NCBI RefSeq assembly: GCF_006345805.1
Contig: NC_043011.1
Location: forward strand, 19,046,464-19,110,463
DNA from: Octopus sinensis
Taxonomy: Eukaryota
Direction of reading: 5' to 3'
Length of the DNA stretch: 64,000 nucleotides
Shown here piece after piece: positions 25,715-39,602 of this stretch (its first letter is position 1; each line of letters opens with the position of its first letter). The notes under the pieces are model-generated. The model saw only the letters and a program-made list of their open reading frames with translations. It did no database searches and had not been told where the DNA came from. Both the position numbers and the translations under genes were made by a program.

Positions 25715-27200
25715 TATTTACGAAAGCATGTATGTAGCTTCACGTGCATATAACTAAAGTCGATTTCGGGAGTTATTCTCCCGTTTTTGACCTCGCATAT
25801 TTGAAATCTTACCTTTCTTTCTACAGAACCAAATTTCAAATTTTGTAGCTCAAATTGTAGCTTAGAAGGTAACCAATCTAAAAATATATAATCATCAACA
25901 AATTTGGTAAAATGAATTAGTGACAAAGCGTAGAATAAGTTGCAAGTGAATAAATGTTGACCTGAAGAATATTATTCACAAACTGTCGTGCCGTGTGTGA
26001 ATGATATTTATTACAATGTAGTGTATTCTATGAATGTGAGGTAGGTCTTTGCAAGATATCTAAACACTGAACTGGATCGTACATTTTGTAATAATGGTTC
26101 CCAATTTTAGCAGAAGACCATGAAATCTGAATGGGGGGGGGTTGATTACATCGACCTCAGTGTTCAGCTGATACTCATTTTATCGAGTACCGAAACGTTA
26201 ATATGCAAAGACGACTTGGTGAAATTTGAACTAAGAATGTAGAGACAGACGAAATGCCTTGCTTGTTACCGACTCTGCCAGCTCATCGCCTTAGTCCTGT
26301 AATAAGTAATAATATTACTTGAAAATTGTTTTACGTACTTTTGGCACATTTAACTTATATAATAACTCTTTTTATTTCATTTTCAATATTTTTTTAAAGA
26401 TTAGAACCACGCACGTTCGTTATGATTAGTTCTATCATATGAGCTAAAAAGAAACAAAATTACACAATATCAAAATATATGGGTTTTGAATTTGGTTTTA
26501 GATGATACCACTGTTTTCGGCATATTTGGCCCCAGTAGTTTATTTTATTTTAAATATTTATTATTTTATCATTTCGATAATGGGATACCTGTAATTAAAT
26601 TTAAATATGGTTTTCTTCTGAAAGAATAATAATATTTGTTGTCAATGTCGATTAGAGGCGTTAATTTTTTTGGCGCCGGTTTTTGCTTCAGTACTCTTTC
26701 TCTGCTGTATATTTTTGCATATAACTCACATGGACATGTTCCCTCGCGTCGAGAACTATTATATAAGCTAAAATAATATATAGATTTACCTTAAAAGTTA
26801 ATTTGTTCTCAAATTCGATTTTAGGCGTTATCCTCCCGTCTGTGACCTCATATATTTGACACATACCTTTTTTTCTACTGAAACAGTTTTCAAACGTTTT
26901 AGCTGAAATTTATAGCTTATGATCTGACCATCCTACAATTATAAACATCAAGAGCGACTTCAGGCGTTACTCTCCCGTTTTTGACCTCATATATTTTACT
27001 GAAACCTTTTTATTCTACCGAAGCAACTTTTCAAATTTTGTGTTTGGGAATATAGCGTATGATGCAACCAATCTAAAAATGTAAATGTCATCTATGTTGG
27101 TTTAAAACTGCGTTAGTGACAAAGCGTAAAACTGATCGTGAGTGAGTAAATGTTGATCTTAGGAATAATATTGACTCACGATAGTGTGTGAATGATAAGA
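25715..27200 (-). mobile_element. Two related copies of a Helentron/DINE-1-like non-autonomous repeat (25715-26005 and ~26800-27200)
   Basis: Shared ~140-bp subunit (once in copy 1, twice in tandem in copy 2) and a shared end ttagtgacaaagcgta..aaatgttga..gtgtgtgaatgat with a short terminal inverted repeat. The classification is inferred. Confidence 0.45.
26093..26293 (-). mobile_element. tRNA-derived SINE (same family as 24685-25312)
   Basis: Homologous blocks atcgacc, tttgaact, gactctgccagctc.tcgcctt. Confidence 0.65.
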
Positions 27201-29306
27201 TAGCGTGTATTTCTCAAACATTACTCACACGTTTTCTTGCTTCATTTTTTAACAAAAATGATTATGTGTTTTGCTGATTTCAGCGCGTAAAAGTTATAAT
27301 GATATCTCCTTTAATATCTTCACTGCATTAAGCTTATGTATATAATTCTCTTTATAAATATGTGTGCACAAACGCAATACTGATGAGGCAATCTTTTATT
27401 TGAGAAAAATTAGTGGCAGTCAAAATGATGTTCAATAATTTTTCTTCTTAGATCCAAAGGGACATTTCTATATATTCCAGAATGTAAAAGCTTATCCAAA
27501 ATGAAAAGGAATTAGTGTTCAATTTGGACATGATTCTATCAACAATATCTCTTCAAAGGTGTCAGAAATTTTAAACAGCCTTAATTCAATGTCACTGAGA
27601 CACACACTTCTCATTGTAATTTTCGAGCTCATCAATTAAACTGAAAATTTAGTACTTGAGAAATGAAATTATTTTCCATTACATGTTTGATGAATATAAC
27701 CAAAAGGAAAGAGATTGATATGAAGATGACATAATATTATTATCTGCTCGTAATTAAGTTCGAACAATTACGAAAAGTTTAATCCCCAACAATTCAAAAT
27801 TGTTCAAGTAGTAAATATGCTAACTTTTAAAGACGCCTGCGTAAGGCTATGATTAATGGAAAACGATAATGAGCTTAAAAACACTTATGAGAACGCTCCA
27901 ACATTTAGAAGCCCCAAACAATTTTTAACATTAGTATTTGTGTCTTCTTCAGTCCTCAAAATACAATTCACAATTCAGAATAGTTTTTGAGAACAAACTA
28001 GCGAACCGCGTTTCCTTTTGCATAGAGGACAGGAAAGAAAACGAACGAAAATAGTTATTCGTGCAGTAAATCAAGTTTTAATTGATAATGGAACTAATTG
28101 ACAAAGAATACGAATGAAGAAGAAAATGTAGCAACATAAATGAACGTGAAATCCAGTATCATTCCGTTAATTTGAGTATTCGAAATGGCAAGCAAATAGT
28201 AATAATTTATATAGTATTAAAGAAGACGACAGGTGAAAATCTGAAAAGTAGTTGCTGTTATATAACTGCTCTAGGAGTATGTGGTAAAACTAGTGAATAT
28301 TATCATTACTCATTTCAGTAACAACTATTTCCGGGAAGGAAGAGCCGAAAATGCAATGATTGCTGTTTCATTACAGTTAGCTGGAAAAATATTGCATAGC
28401 TTAATTAAACTACGTGTATTCCACATCGACAAAAGAAATAGTAATATGTTTTATACGTAACAATGCTATTTTCGTCAAGGATACATACAAGACACCTCCT
28501 TTACACATACAACTTTTAGAAAAGTGAATTATATTTTGTTGATTACAGACATATGGTACCTTTCCAAGCATGAAAACACAGATTAGTATGATTGGTATAC
28601 AAAACTAATGACTTATATTTTACCGATATCCTACTTGCCAATGTCACAGCTATTGATGAACATGAATGCAATTGTGATTTAAGTAATTAATTCCTTATTT
28701 ATTTCCTTAAAATTCTCCGGATTATTTGATATATTACGTTATACAATAAAAATGACATGTTTTTTTACTTGCATTATTCAGAAGAATTTACTCTTGATAA
28801 CTTCAGATCATAAAGTATTAACAATACCTTGCTATTTGGCTGCTTCAGCTTGAAAATGGAATGCCTGCAAATATACTTGTATTAGCAGTGCTATATGTCA
28901 CGTTAACGTACTCCCCATGAATTGAAAATGTATAAATAAATTCTGAAATCAAAGATCAAACTTGAAAAATGTGTGACGAACACTTCTAAGTATTTTTGTG
29001 AAAAGAGGTTTCAGAAATATGAAGAGGAAATTTACAAATGTATTTTAATATAAATCAAATAGTCAGTGATAATAAATCTGTAAATGAAATGTGCCCAAGG
29101 GAATTACATATTTCACGTACTTCGTTTGAAATGCCACGGGATAAAATTAATATTTTGAAAATTTATATAATTATAGTACACACTATATCTACAACTCGAG
29201 AGATTTGTGATGGAAGTAGACTAAAAATTATCAAATCACACCATAACTAATGGTAGGTTAGTAAGTGATGTTTGGTGAGTAGTCGATAGCTAAAACCCAA
29301 AGCAAT

Positions 29307-29660
29307 ATCATCATCATCATTGTTCGACCGTGGTCGAGACAATGGAATTTACTATGTTACGCCAGACTTCACGGTCCATCATGGCTGGATGCCTGTATCC
29401 CTGGAGATTACATCAGGGTAGGAGAGTGTGCGCCCTCTGGTATCATGAGCAGATGGCTTCCAGAGGAGAAGAGTATAAATTACCTCTTTTTCAGCTCTAC
29501 AACAATGTCCTGCAAACTGGACTCTCCTACCTTTCACAAGAGATGACTGAGGTGGTAGTTTCCCATATATTTGCATTTTGGTTGGATGGCGCTTCCACGA
29601 GAGATTTTGAGCTCTCATAAGGAGGCGAGTGTAGGTTCCATCCAACCGCCTCTCAATTTG
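29307..29660 (-). pseudogene. 3' end of an RTE-group LINE with a (TGA)n tail
   Basis: DGTYTRLLMRAQNLSWKRHPT..RRVQFAGHCCR..LLLWKP..RGRTLSYPDVI..MMDREVWR, followed by a stop and TGA repeats. Confidence 0.8.
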
Positions 29661-30163
29661 ACTCTATTTTACGAAGCATTAAGAATCTGTTTAGGTAATT
29701 TATTCCCGAAAGTTTAATAAGATAAGGATATAAGGACAAACATAAAACAATGAATATTTAGTAAAAGCCAACTATATGCTTCAATCTCTGTAAATAACAA
29801 CTTACTGGTATCGTTCTTAAACAATTTGTCACGGCAAACAGAAAATAAATGCTATCAATACGACTTCATATACTAGTAGACTTTAAATAAATAGCATGAA
29901 TTTAGGATATTGATGATATGATTCCATTTATATAATGATAATATTTGTATTACATAATTATATGATACGATGATATGACAGTGTATTCATTGAAATGTAT
30001 ATTATCATTTGTCTTGGTGAAATAAAATAATAGTCTTTTTCTTCTCATATATCATCAATACACAGCAATATAAATTCGAGCGAATGAGGAAATATATTCT
30101 ACTTAATTATTGATTAGTTATCAAAAGCTGTAGAATTATTGCGTGTAGAGCTACCTGATTGCC

Positions 30164-30254
<91 letters not shown>

Positions 30255-30278
30255 ATTATTATCACTATTATTACTATA

Positions 30279-30319
<41 letters not shown>
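30164..30319. repeat. (ATT)n microsatellite
   Basis: Directly visible. Confidence 0.95.
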
Positions 30320-30540
30320 CAATTATAAAGAAATCATCATCATCATTATTAGTATCTTTTTTATTGGTGTTGTTGTTGGTAGTGTTCTATATATCATTAG
30401 CTAGAGATTCACACACGATATGTGCACTGTTAACGTAATAGCCAAGAGTAGACTTTTAAGGAAATATAGCATTTCAGCTGTCTGATTTTCAGGGGCAACC
30501 AGTTGTCATGTAGACCCCATTATTTCCACTCTAAATTCAT

Positions 30541-31000
30541 CATGGCGGTTTTAAGAGGGGGTTCTCTAACCGTGCGTGGCAGGGATCATACATGACGTAT
30601 GGTCGCCTACTCAGAGATTTTAGACCACTCTGGATGTGACGGTTGTCAGGGAAAGCAGGATTTCCGACACACGATCTAGCCCCTATTTTCCACGACTTTG
30701 AGATCTACCCATCACTTAATCGACCTGCAATGGGAGACGCAGTGGCAGTGCTTTTTACGAAAGGCCCGAATCTCGAGGTACTGATGGTCGTCCTGAACCC
30801 AAATGGTAAGCTGGTGTTTCTGCATGGGTGCAATAAAGAATATGGAGCTTTCAGACTAGTCGCTATGTACGCCCCGATTGGGGCGGAGCAGACAGGTTTC
30901 TCCAGATATTTGGAAGATTTCTTCGGGTCCTCTCGATCTTTACTGATAGTTAGCAATGGGAATAACATTTTAGAAGCATGCCTTGAGTGGAGGTAACCAA
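30541..31000 (+). pseudogene. Tx1/L1-like LINE AP-endonuclease N-terminal fragment
   Basis: MAVLRGGSLTVRG.. (resembles the NVRG motif), AVAVLF, NGKLV, FRLVAMYAP, LLIVSNGNNIL (resembles GDWN.IL). Frameshifted. Confidence 0.7.
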
Positions 31001-31199
31001 AAGAAGAAGGAGATAGAAAATCCTCAAAAACCTGCACAGTTGCTTCCAAGTGTTTGACAGATATTTGACTTCTTAAATGAGCCAATGTGGAGATGAGCAA
31101 ACGCCCTAACGACTTCCAAATCTTATGTAGAGTAATTTGTAAACCTGTAAATGGAAGTAGCATAAATTTTGCAATATTTTAAAGTAGTCGATTACACAA

Positions 31200-31998
31200 T
31201 GCACGAATGCGTCCCGTACGGTCGATCTAGATAGGTTCCACAGGCAGGGTCCCGGACACTGTTAGCTCAATACTATCGTTCTGCTGTATTCGTGCATTTA
31301 TTCTGTCGTAGATTGCCTTTTGTTCATCTGTCATGCCGCCATTAGTTTTATTGTTTTCTTTCAGACCATCTATATGTCTCCCATCAAGTAAACTACTACT
31401 GCTCCTTTCCTGCGCTATGATATTTTTCTTATGATTAAGAACTGTGTTTTCATTGTTATCCCCGCGGCTATTTTTCAATACCCGCCGTATGATAGCTTCG
31501 AACTCTACTTCTGTGAAACAAAAATGTTTTCTTATTACTCTACCTTAATCACTTAGTCTCTGTTCCGTGAGGTGAAACAATCCCTTTTTCCTCTAATGAC
31601 CATACATACGTTGTGGGTAGCCCATAATTTGAACACCATTTTCATCGACCGGGTTACTCAGGTAGTAACGCTCCATGCACACAGCATCAATTTGCTTGCT
31701 CTATCTACGCCATGTGTGGTGGTCCCTTTCTGGAAAACAGACTGGAGCCGGACCAAAGTATCTGAGCCTGCCGGGTACAACACTGTAACCACCATTGGCT
31801 TCAGTTTCATTACCACAGTTATTCACGCTTTGTTTTTCATTGTCACTTGTATGAGGTAGCGATTATCAGTTTGCGCAATTATCTGTGTTTTTATTGTGAT
31901 ACCATCATTAGATGTATCATTAATCAGGATATGGGAGAGATTCCACCCGCAAATTCACAGATAAAATATGTATTTAAAAATTAATAAATAAATAAATT
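31200..31998 (-). pseudogene. 5' part of an R4/Dong-like retrotransposon ORF, adjoining (TAA)n
   Basis: CMERYYLSNP..GYPQRMY..KKGLFHLTEQRLSD*GRVIRK..FTEVEFEAI matches the R4-clade N-terminal region (MECYY..P..GYRKRM..TEQRL.DQ.R.I). Confidence 0.65.
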
Positions 31999-32024
31999 CA
32001 TTATTATTATTATTATTATTATTA

Positions 32025-32058
<34 letters not shown>

Positions 32059-32552
32059 GAGTAAATGTACACTAGGCACATGAATCACAACCATATGTGC
32101 CGGACATGGTGATCGCATATCAAGATAAACAGCACATGACCTTGCAGGTGGGGCCCAGTTAGAATTTCCTTATGGTCGAGTTGCCCATCACGCTCAAAAG
32201 ATCCCTGAATAAGGATTGTTTAAGGATGTTGAACGAACCACCCATGTTTCCAGCGACGAATTATTCAAACCCCAAAGTATTTCCTCCCAACACATTGTTC
32301 TGAAGCTCCCCCACTACTTCTGCTCGTGATCAGAGATGCACATATCGTCAGCCACTAAGGGACATGCTCAACTAGTTAAGGTAAAACAACTGACAGGCAA
32401 ATCTGTGGTATTGAGCAGAATATTTGCTGTAGCCCATCTGTTATACCAAGAGAAAACAATGTACATGATAACACTTCCAATCAGTTAAGATCAGAAGCAA
32501 TGAAAGCCACTGCCTGGTACTGCATCAGGGCATATCATCATCGTCATCATCT

Positions 32553-32585
<33 letters not shown>

Positions 32586-32685
32586 TATTATTATTATTAT
32601 TATATTATTATTATTATTGCTGTTGTTGTTGTTGTTGTTGTTGTTTATTATTATTATCATTATCATTATAATAATAATAATAATA

Positions 32686-32717
<32 letters not shown>

Positions 32718-32728
32718 TAATAATAATA

Positions 32729-32962
32729 ATGGCAGAAATTCAAAAGAGAGTGCCCATGGGAACTGCTCATATCCTACGCAAAATACTTTCTATGTTATCT
32801 CAATGTTTAAAACAAACATTTTTGTTTAGACATCCACCAGTACAACACAAAAAAACAACCAAACTAGGCATAACAATAACGTGAACTTCCAACCTGTTGT
32901 CTCTTGAGGTCTCCGGGTGAGACTTGGAGCCAACTTGTACAAATATAAAGCAAAAGTCAAAC

Positions 32963-32965
<3 letters not shown>
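32729..32965 (+). mobile_element. Extreme 3' end of an R4/Dong-like element in (TAA)n
   Basis: MAEIQKRVPMGTAHILRKILSM, then a 3' UTR ending in (TAA)n. Parallels EVQKIVLTGTSHVLRKALSM of the next copy. Confidence 0.75.
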
Positions 32966-33044
<79 letters not shown>

Positions 33045-33084
33045 AATAGTAATAATAATAATAATTATAATAATAATAATAATA

Positions 33085-33628
33085 AAATGTAACGATTCTG
33101 TGGGACTTTCCAGTACATACAGACCGAACTATCAAGGCCAATAAACCAGATATTGTTGTGAAAGACCAAAACAATAAAGTTTGCTTATTGATCGACATGA
33201 GCATCCCCTGTGATCATAATATCTCAGCGAAAGAGTTTGACAAGCTCAGAAAATATAAAGACCTACTCATTGAAATTGAGAAAATGTGGCATCTCAAGGC
33301 GGTTACAATACCAGTGATCGTAGGAGCACTAGGAATGATCAAGAAGGGAACCGAAAATTATATGAGAATGATACCTGGCTTACCATCACTGCAAGAAGTG
33401 CAAAAGATTGTCTTAACTGGTACATCACACGTATTGAGAAAAGCATTGTCGATGTGAGAATTATTACTACCCATGTATTTTAATTTAACTTTAAAAAAAT
33501 GAAAAAATGAACGAACTATTGAGTTTAGTTTAATGGCCTACCAATGTATACTATGAGTTTCTTTGCCCTAGGAGTCGGGAAGACACCCGGCAAGAAATGG
33601 AAGCAAATTTGAAAGAAGAAGAAAAAGT
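33085..33628 (+). mobile_element. 5'-truncated R4/Dong-like element: restriction-enzyme-like endonuclease plus 3' UTR
   Basis: Open frame NVTILWDFPVHTDRTIKANKPDIVV..CLLIDMSIP..EFDKLRKYKDL..IPVIVGALG (PD..D REL motif), stop at 33457. Flanked by (TAA)n on both sides. Confidence 0.9.
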
Positions 33629-34192
33629 AATAATAATAATAATAATATGTTTATTATTATTTATTATTATTACTGTTGAACAGTGGTTATACTTTATCGC
33701 ATACCTCGCTGGCATACAGCTGCTGACTGTAAGTGAAGTACATTTCTGTGAAGTGCCGACAGAATTTGAGGAATTGCCTGAAGCGATAACTGGCTGCATA
33801 AAGGTAGTATCCAGAAATGGATGTCTACCCTATGAGCATTATCTTTATCTGCCAGATTTCTTTGGACATCCCTTGACAAATGTCTGCTGATCTTCGAACC
33901 CATCCATTCATTATGGGATTTATTTTCCTTGACAAAAATATATCGCCTTACTCTTCTATTTCTCCAACTGACCTGTAACGGAATGTGGTATTGCCCCAAA
34001 TATCTAACGTACGAAAAAGTTCGGGAAGTGCTGCTGTAGTAGATCTATAGCAGTGTGATATATAAATATTTTTTATGCATATATGTACACACATATATGT
34101 ACAGGCGTGGGCGGTTAAGCTTAATGGTTCAGGCGCTGCGATGGGTAATTACGGAGATATAAATTCAAGTCTCATAGCCGTCCTCCTTTATA

Positions 34193-34583
34193 GGCGCAGG
34201 AGTGGCTGTGTGGTAAGTAGCTTGCTTACCAACCACATGGTTCCGGGTTCAATCCCACTGCGTGGTCCCTTGGGTATGTGTCTACTACTACAGCCTTGGC
34301 CGATCAAAGCACTGTGAGTGGATTTGGTAGACAGAAACTCAAAGAAGCCCAACGTATATATGTATATATATATGTTTGTGTTTCTGTGTTTGTCCTCCTA
34401 GCATTGGTTGACAACCAATGCTGGTGTGTTTATGTCCCCGTCACTAGCAGTTCGGCAAAAGGGACCGATAGAAAAAGTACTGGGCTTCCAAAGAATAAGT
34501 CCCCGGGGTCGATTTGCTCGACTAAAGGCAGTGCTCCAGCATGGTTGCAGTCAAATGACTGAAACAAGTAAAAGAGTAAAAGA
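34193..34583 (+). mobile_element. Full-length tRNA-derived SINE with an internal microsatellite and a LINE-like tail
   Basis: A box (tggctgtgtggt), B box (gggttcaatccc), tail ggcagtgctccagcatgg..tgactgaaacaagtaaaagagtaaaaga. Confidence 0.85.
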
Positions 34584-35400
34584 CACATGTATATTCATAA
34601 ATTGCCATTCTAGTAGATTTGCATAAGAACCATTTTCTGGTCCCAAACATAAATCTATATTAGATTTCATAACATTTTTGTTAAATATGCATCCTTAGAG
34701 TATTATCTATTCGTTAGAATTTTAGCAGAAAAATTTCATCATGGATCACATCAACAGTAGTTCTACATATCTTCCATCCGGAAGATGTTTTGGGCTCACG
34801 TGTAACCTACTAGACATTCAGATACAAAGGCTAAAATTAAACCTATCATGCTGATAAAAATATACTTATGAAAAATTCCCTTGTGTTTGATCTTTCATGT
34901 TTGAGAAGTTTAATGCGACTACAAACTAGACAGAAATGATTTTCGTCGGCTTCTCTATCACACAGAACTTTTGCTGGTTTCGGGCATTACGCTCAAAAAT
35001 TCAATTGGCGATTCAAATTTCTGGAGCTTTATGTTTTGTTCGTCGATATTGAATGACATTTCCATCTTTTCGGGGATTCATAGATTCCCTTTGAATAAAG
35101 AAGATATTCATGACCAGCGTATTACAATTTGTCCTCTCGACGCTTACTTAGAGGCAATTTCAATAAAGTATTCACTTAGGAAGGTTAAAACATTCAATAC
35201 AGATAACATTACTTTTCTATTGAAAGCCTCGTGTCTATTGCGATATTTTTTTGTGTCAGGTGTAAAGATATCGCAGTTCTGTTATATTTCACAGAACTTC
35301 GACAAATATATTCAAGTTTTAAATATAAAACTTGGATATCTCTGCTGATGATCCGTGAGTATAAGATACATTGTATATGCATCTATATATGAATATATAT

Positions 35401-35470
<70 letters not shown>

Positions 35471-35534
35471 TATATATATTTATATGAATATATATATATA
35501 ATTATATATATGTGTGTATGTATAAATGTATGTA

Positions 35535-35565
<31 letters not shown>

Positions 35566-36743
35566 TCATACGCTTATACACACACATGCATATACACATG
35601 TACGTATAATAAAGTTTTATAAGGCATATTTGCGTATATGTGTTTTTATTCTTGCAAATATACATACACTCTAAGAGAGGGAGTGGAGGTTGGTGGACAA
35701 ATACAAATGTAAGTATAAATATGCATTTATTTGCATATAGTGGAAAATAAACAGATACATGTCACAATTACACTGATATACAGATAGATTTATATACTGG
35801 AATAATAGGTTGTCGAAAACTAATCTTACTGAGACGTATTAAAAAAAACGGTCTATGCATGAAAAATATGTAAAAAACTATATAGATGCTTTCAATATAT
35901 ATTATCTCTCTAGATTGAAAATGTAATTGTCTCATCGAGTAAGAAATATTAATTTCCCCATATTAAAATGAAATTCAATGAATAGGATTTAATAAAAACT
36001 TGCAATCTTATGACATTTGTGTATTATTGATTTTTCACGAATATGTTATTGCTTCTTTACTGAAATTGTTTATATGCTACAATAAAATGGGAATGTCCAA
36101 TGTTATTCGCATGGGTATATTCATTGTTAACTAATCTCATTCAGTCAGTAAACTAAAGAGATATTTAATTTTCCAAGAGGGGAAATATAAAATGTATACG
36201 GCATTTGTTTCAGAAGAGTGTTTGTTAGATATATATATATATAAAGTGAATGAATTTCATGGCTATAACCTAATAAACTAAAATAAAACTGATAATGATG
36301 TTTATGATGATATATATATGTGGTTGTGTGCGTATGTGTGTATATATGTATGAGTACATATATATATATATATATATGTGTGGTGTGTGTGTGTGTGTGC
36401 GTGTTTATATAAATGTATGTATATATATATATATTAACATATGCATATATACATACATATATAAATATATATATATTCATATATATACATATCCACACAC
36501 GCGTATCTATGTATATATGTATATATGTGTAAATGTGTATATGTATATATATATGAATTTGTATATATATATATATATACCAACATCACAATGTTTAGTA
36601 ATACTTCTCTGATAACTACGTACTATTATATATAAAAATAATTAATGTTCTCATCCATTACTTATTTGTGTGTTTGACGTTAGTCAAATGTGCAAACGTG
36701 AGCATGTTGCACTTAACAGAACAAACACGTGTATATATTTATG

Positions 36744-36795
<52 letters not shown>

Positions 36796-37861
36796 AATAT
36801 ACCTATCGATATCTATATATATGTTTGTATATATGTTTGCATATGTGAATGTCTGTGCGCGTGTGTGTTTATTACTTGTGTGATACGTATACGTGTCTGA
36901 GTATACTGTTAAACTGTTCAGTATGGTGAAACATTAAATGATTTATATCTGAATTGTCAATGAAGTTTTAACAGTGTGTTTTATGATTATAAGAGACACA
37001 CAATTTTAAACGATAACGAAACCTTATTACGCTGACAATAACTGAAATTGATTATATTTGTCGGCCGTCATCACTCAGAGTATCTGCCTGTAATTTTCTG
37101 AATTCGCCATATAATCAGTATTTATTATTGTGTTTTGTTAGAGGTTCGATAAGAATCCGTCTTCTTAAATCTAGGTTAATTCCTTTAGGAACCCAGAAAA
37201 TGTCTTTGCTCCATAGAATACTTGCATATACAAGCTGGGTTTAATTTCTGGGATATTCTATAACTGTTCTTGAAAGTGATCTGTAGATTCATTTGTAGAA
37301 ATGGAAATCAAACAGACTCGTATATGCAAGGTCAATCAGTGCACACAACAAACAAATGAATGCGTTTACTTTCTTGGTTGTTAATGCAATTGTACCACAA
37401 GCTATCGATATATTCCCAAACCATACCAGCCAACTTAGACCATAAGAGCAGAACTATATGATGATGTTCTTTTATTAATGATTGGCATAAAATATTTTCT
37501 GACCCTTCCACATAAATAATTTCTTAGGGACAAAAATGTTTCGAAAGCTATTTCCTAACTCTAAAACAGTTTTAAACAGAAAATCACATCTAAAACTTCG
37601 AAAAACTCATGCATACTTTTACTGTTGCACTTAAGGATTCTAAGGAGTGATACAGGTGAGTTGTTTTGTTTATGGACACCATCACTTATTCACACTGTCG
37701 ATTAGCCATTTACTCACGAAAACTAATGCCTCCATTGCTATTAGTAAAAATTTGAATATAGACGTTGGAGATTTCAGGGCAATCGTCCATAGTCATCCTA
37801 GTTCTCTTTGACTTTCAAAGACATATTCACACTAGCAAGGTGGCTAATTTCTGCGACATTT

Positions 37862-38432
37862 TCATTTCATCTAGTTTCAGCTCATGAGGGGAGGCCATGC
37901 TGGGGCACCGCCATTCGGTGTTGCTACATGATTTTACTTCACGAATGTTTTTTAACAACATACATTTGGTGCATGGGAGAGTTTGATGCAGCTGCCCTCA
38001 TCTGCACCCCCTGCTGTGAAGTTGGTTCATCTGGAACACCTGACAGGAAGAGGTCCAGCTTTATTTTAAAGACATCTACATCCACCTCATGCAGTTCTCT
38101 CAGGTCCTTCGGGAGTATATTGAAGAGTTGTTGACCTCTGGAGCCCAGACTATCGCAGTATCTGGCCCTATATCTTGATGGCAAATTTGGAGTCCTTGGC
38201 ACTATGCACTGGCACCCAATTCTAGTATTTGCGAAACTCTCGATGATAAAGTTTGGGACAAGTCCTTCCAGGATCTTCCAGATGTACATTATGGCATATC
38301 TTTCTCGCCTACGCTCTTAGGAATAGAGTCTTAATCTCTTGAGTCTTTTCCAATAACTTGTATACTCTATAGAGGCTATCGTCTTCGTGTAGCTTCGTTG
38401 GATTGCCTCAAGTTCTGAGATTAATTGGACAT
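37862..38432 (-). pseudogene. 3' end of a CR1/L2-group LINE
   Basis: LEAIQRSYTK..SYWKRLKRLRLYS*ERRRER..IWKILEG..QLFNILP..VFKIKLDLFLSGVPDEP, then a short 3' UTR. Confidence 0.85.
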
Positions 38433-38434
38433 TG

Positions 38435-39340
38435 GTGCATAATTTTTCGCGTCTGATCAAACAACAATATCCGCCCTGCTACGCTTATACTTGACAGATC
38501 TTTTGAGGGGAACGTTCTACCAGTTTTCCTTGTGTTGATGTTTCTCTATGTATTCAATAACATACATTGATATAAACAGTATAGTGCATCGTTTCTACTA
38601 CAATGCTGCGTCATGTGTGTATATGTGTGTATGTGTGTGGTGGGGTAGTACACCGTTGATATTTTCAAGCTGCTGCTAATCACTTATGTGATGATGTTTT
38701 CCACTAATCTTTGACATAATCTTCATTTTCGGTTGTATATTGTAGCACCAAGGGCTTCACTGTGTCTGTTTTTTATTAGGCACTTCATACTCATGTCTTG
38801 TTCTTGGGTTACAAATGCATATCCTTCAAAATTTGATAGGATGCAGTGATAATGTTTCACAACAACATCTTCTTTGAGGTATGTTAGTGTGGCTGCTTTG
38901 GTGTTTTAGAGGTTGTTATCAAGAAGATAACACTTTCCGAGAAGCTCACTGCAGACATGTAGGATTTTTTAATCTTCGCTTTTTAGCACTAAATTTATGT
39001 ATCTATTTTTGTTGCAGTTTTTTAATAAGTGCTAACTGAGAGAGACTATAGGACACTCGAAAGCTCCGTGCGCTGATTTCAAGCCTCTACTTCTTTTATT
39101 TCTCTTTTGATAGAACTTGTCGATATAACTGTATATGTGGAAGCTTCCAGCTAATGTTAGAATCTTGCGGGTTTCAAATTCTTTGGCGTAAATTCCCTCT
39201 ACTGTCCAGTCAAATATCCAAAATATTGGAATTATTACTCGTATGGTAAATGTAATATGGGATATTGTCTTGCAGTAAGAGAACGTTTCTCAGTGTCTAG
39301 TATGATATTCTAATTATTTTTCAATATCTAGTGTCGTAAT
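38435..39340 (-). pseudogene. Decayed R4/Dong-like fragment (post-RT region, zinc knuckle, start of REL)
   Basis: FDWT..ETRKILTLAGSFH..IDKFY..RSRGLKS; FEGYAFVTQEQ; RK*RLC..VISS; ENW*NVP..RADIVV. Confidence 0.7.
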
Positions 39341-39382
39341 CTGAAGTGAAGGCGCGGGGCTAGTGAAGGTGCATGTATAGTG

Positions 39383-39602
39383 AGGGCACATAGCTTAGCG
39401 GTTACGTTATTTGGCTCACGATCGTAATGTTGTGAGTTCAATTCCCGGCGACTCGTTATGACCTTGAGCAATATATTTAATTTCATGTTGCTCCAGTTCA
39501 CTCAGCTGGCAAAATGAGTAGTACTCGTATTCCAAATGCCAGCCTCGTTACATTCTGTGTCACCCTTAATCTCTCTGTTATCTGCATTGAGGGTACACGT
39601 GA
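39383..39602 (+). mobile_element. tRNA-derived SINE
   Basis: A box tagcttagcggtt, B box gagttcaattccc, CORE-like gaccttgagcaa..ttgctccagttcactcagctgg. Confidence 0.7.

Noticed and set aside
33680-34040. Possible Tc1-like remnant (SADL..PIHSLWD resembling SPDLNPIENLWD)
   Set aside because: Needs a frameshift, is a single motif, and no TIRs were found.
27381-35360. CTGATGA matches near 27380 and 35346
   Set aside because: No properly placed GAAA, stem III or stem I complement, so they are not HHRs.
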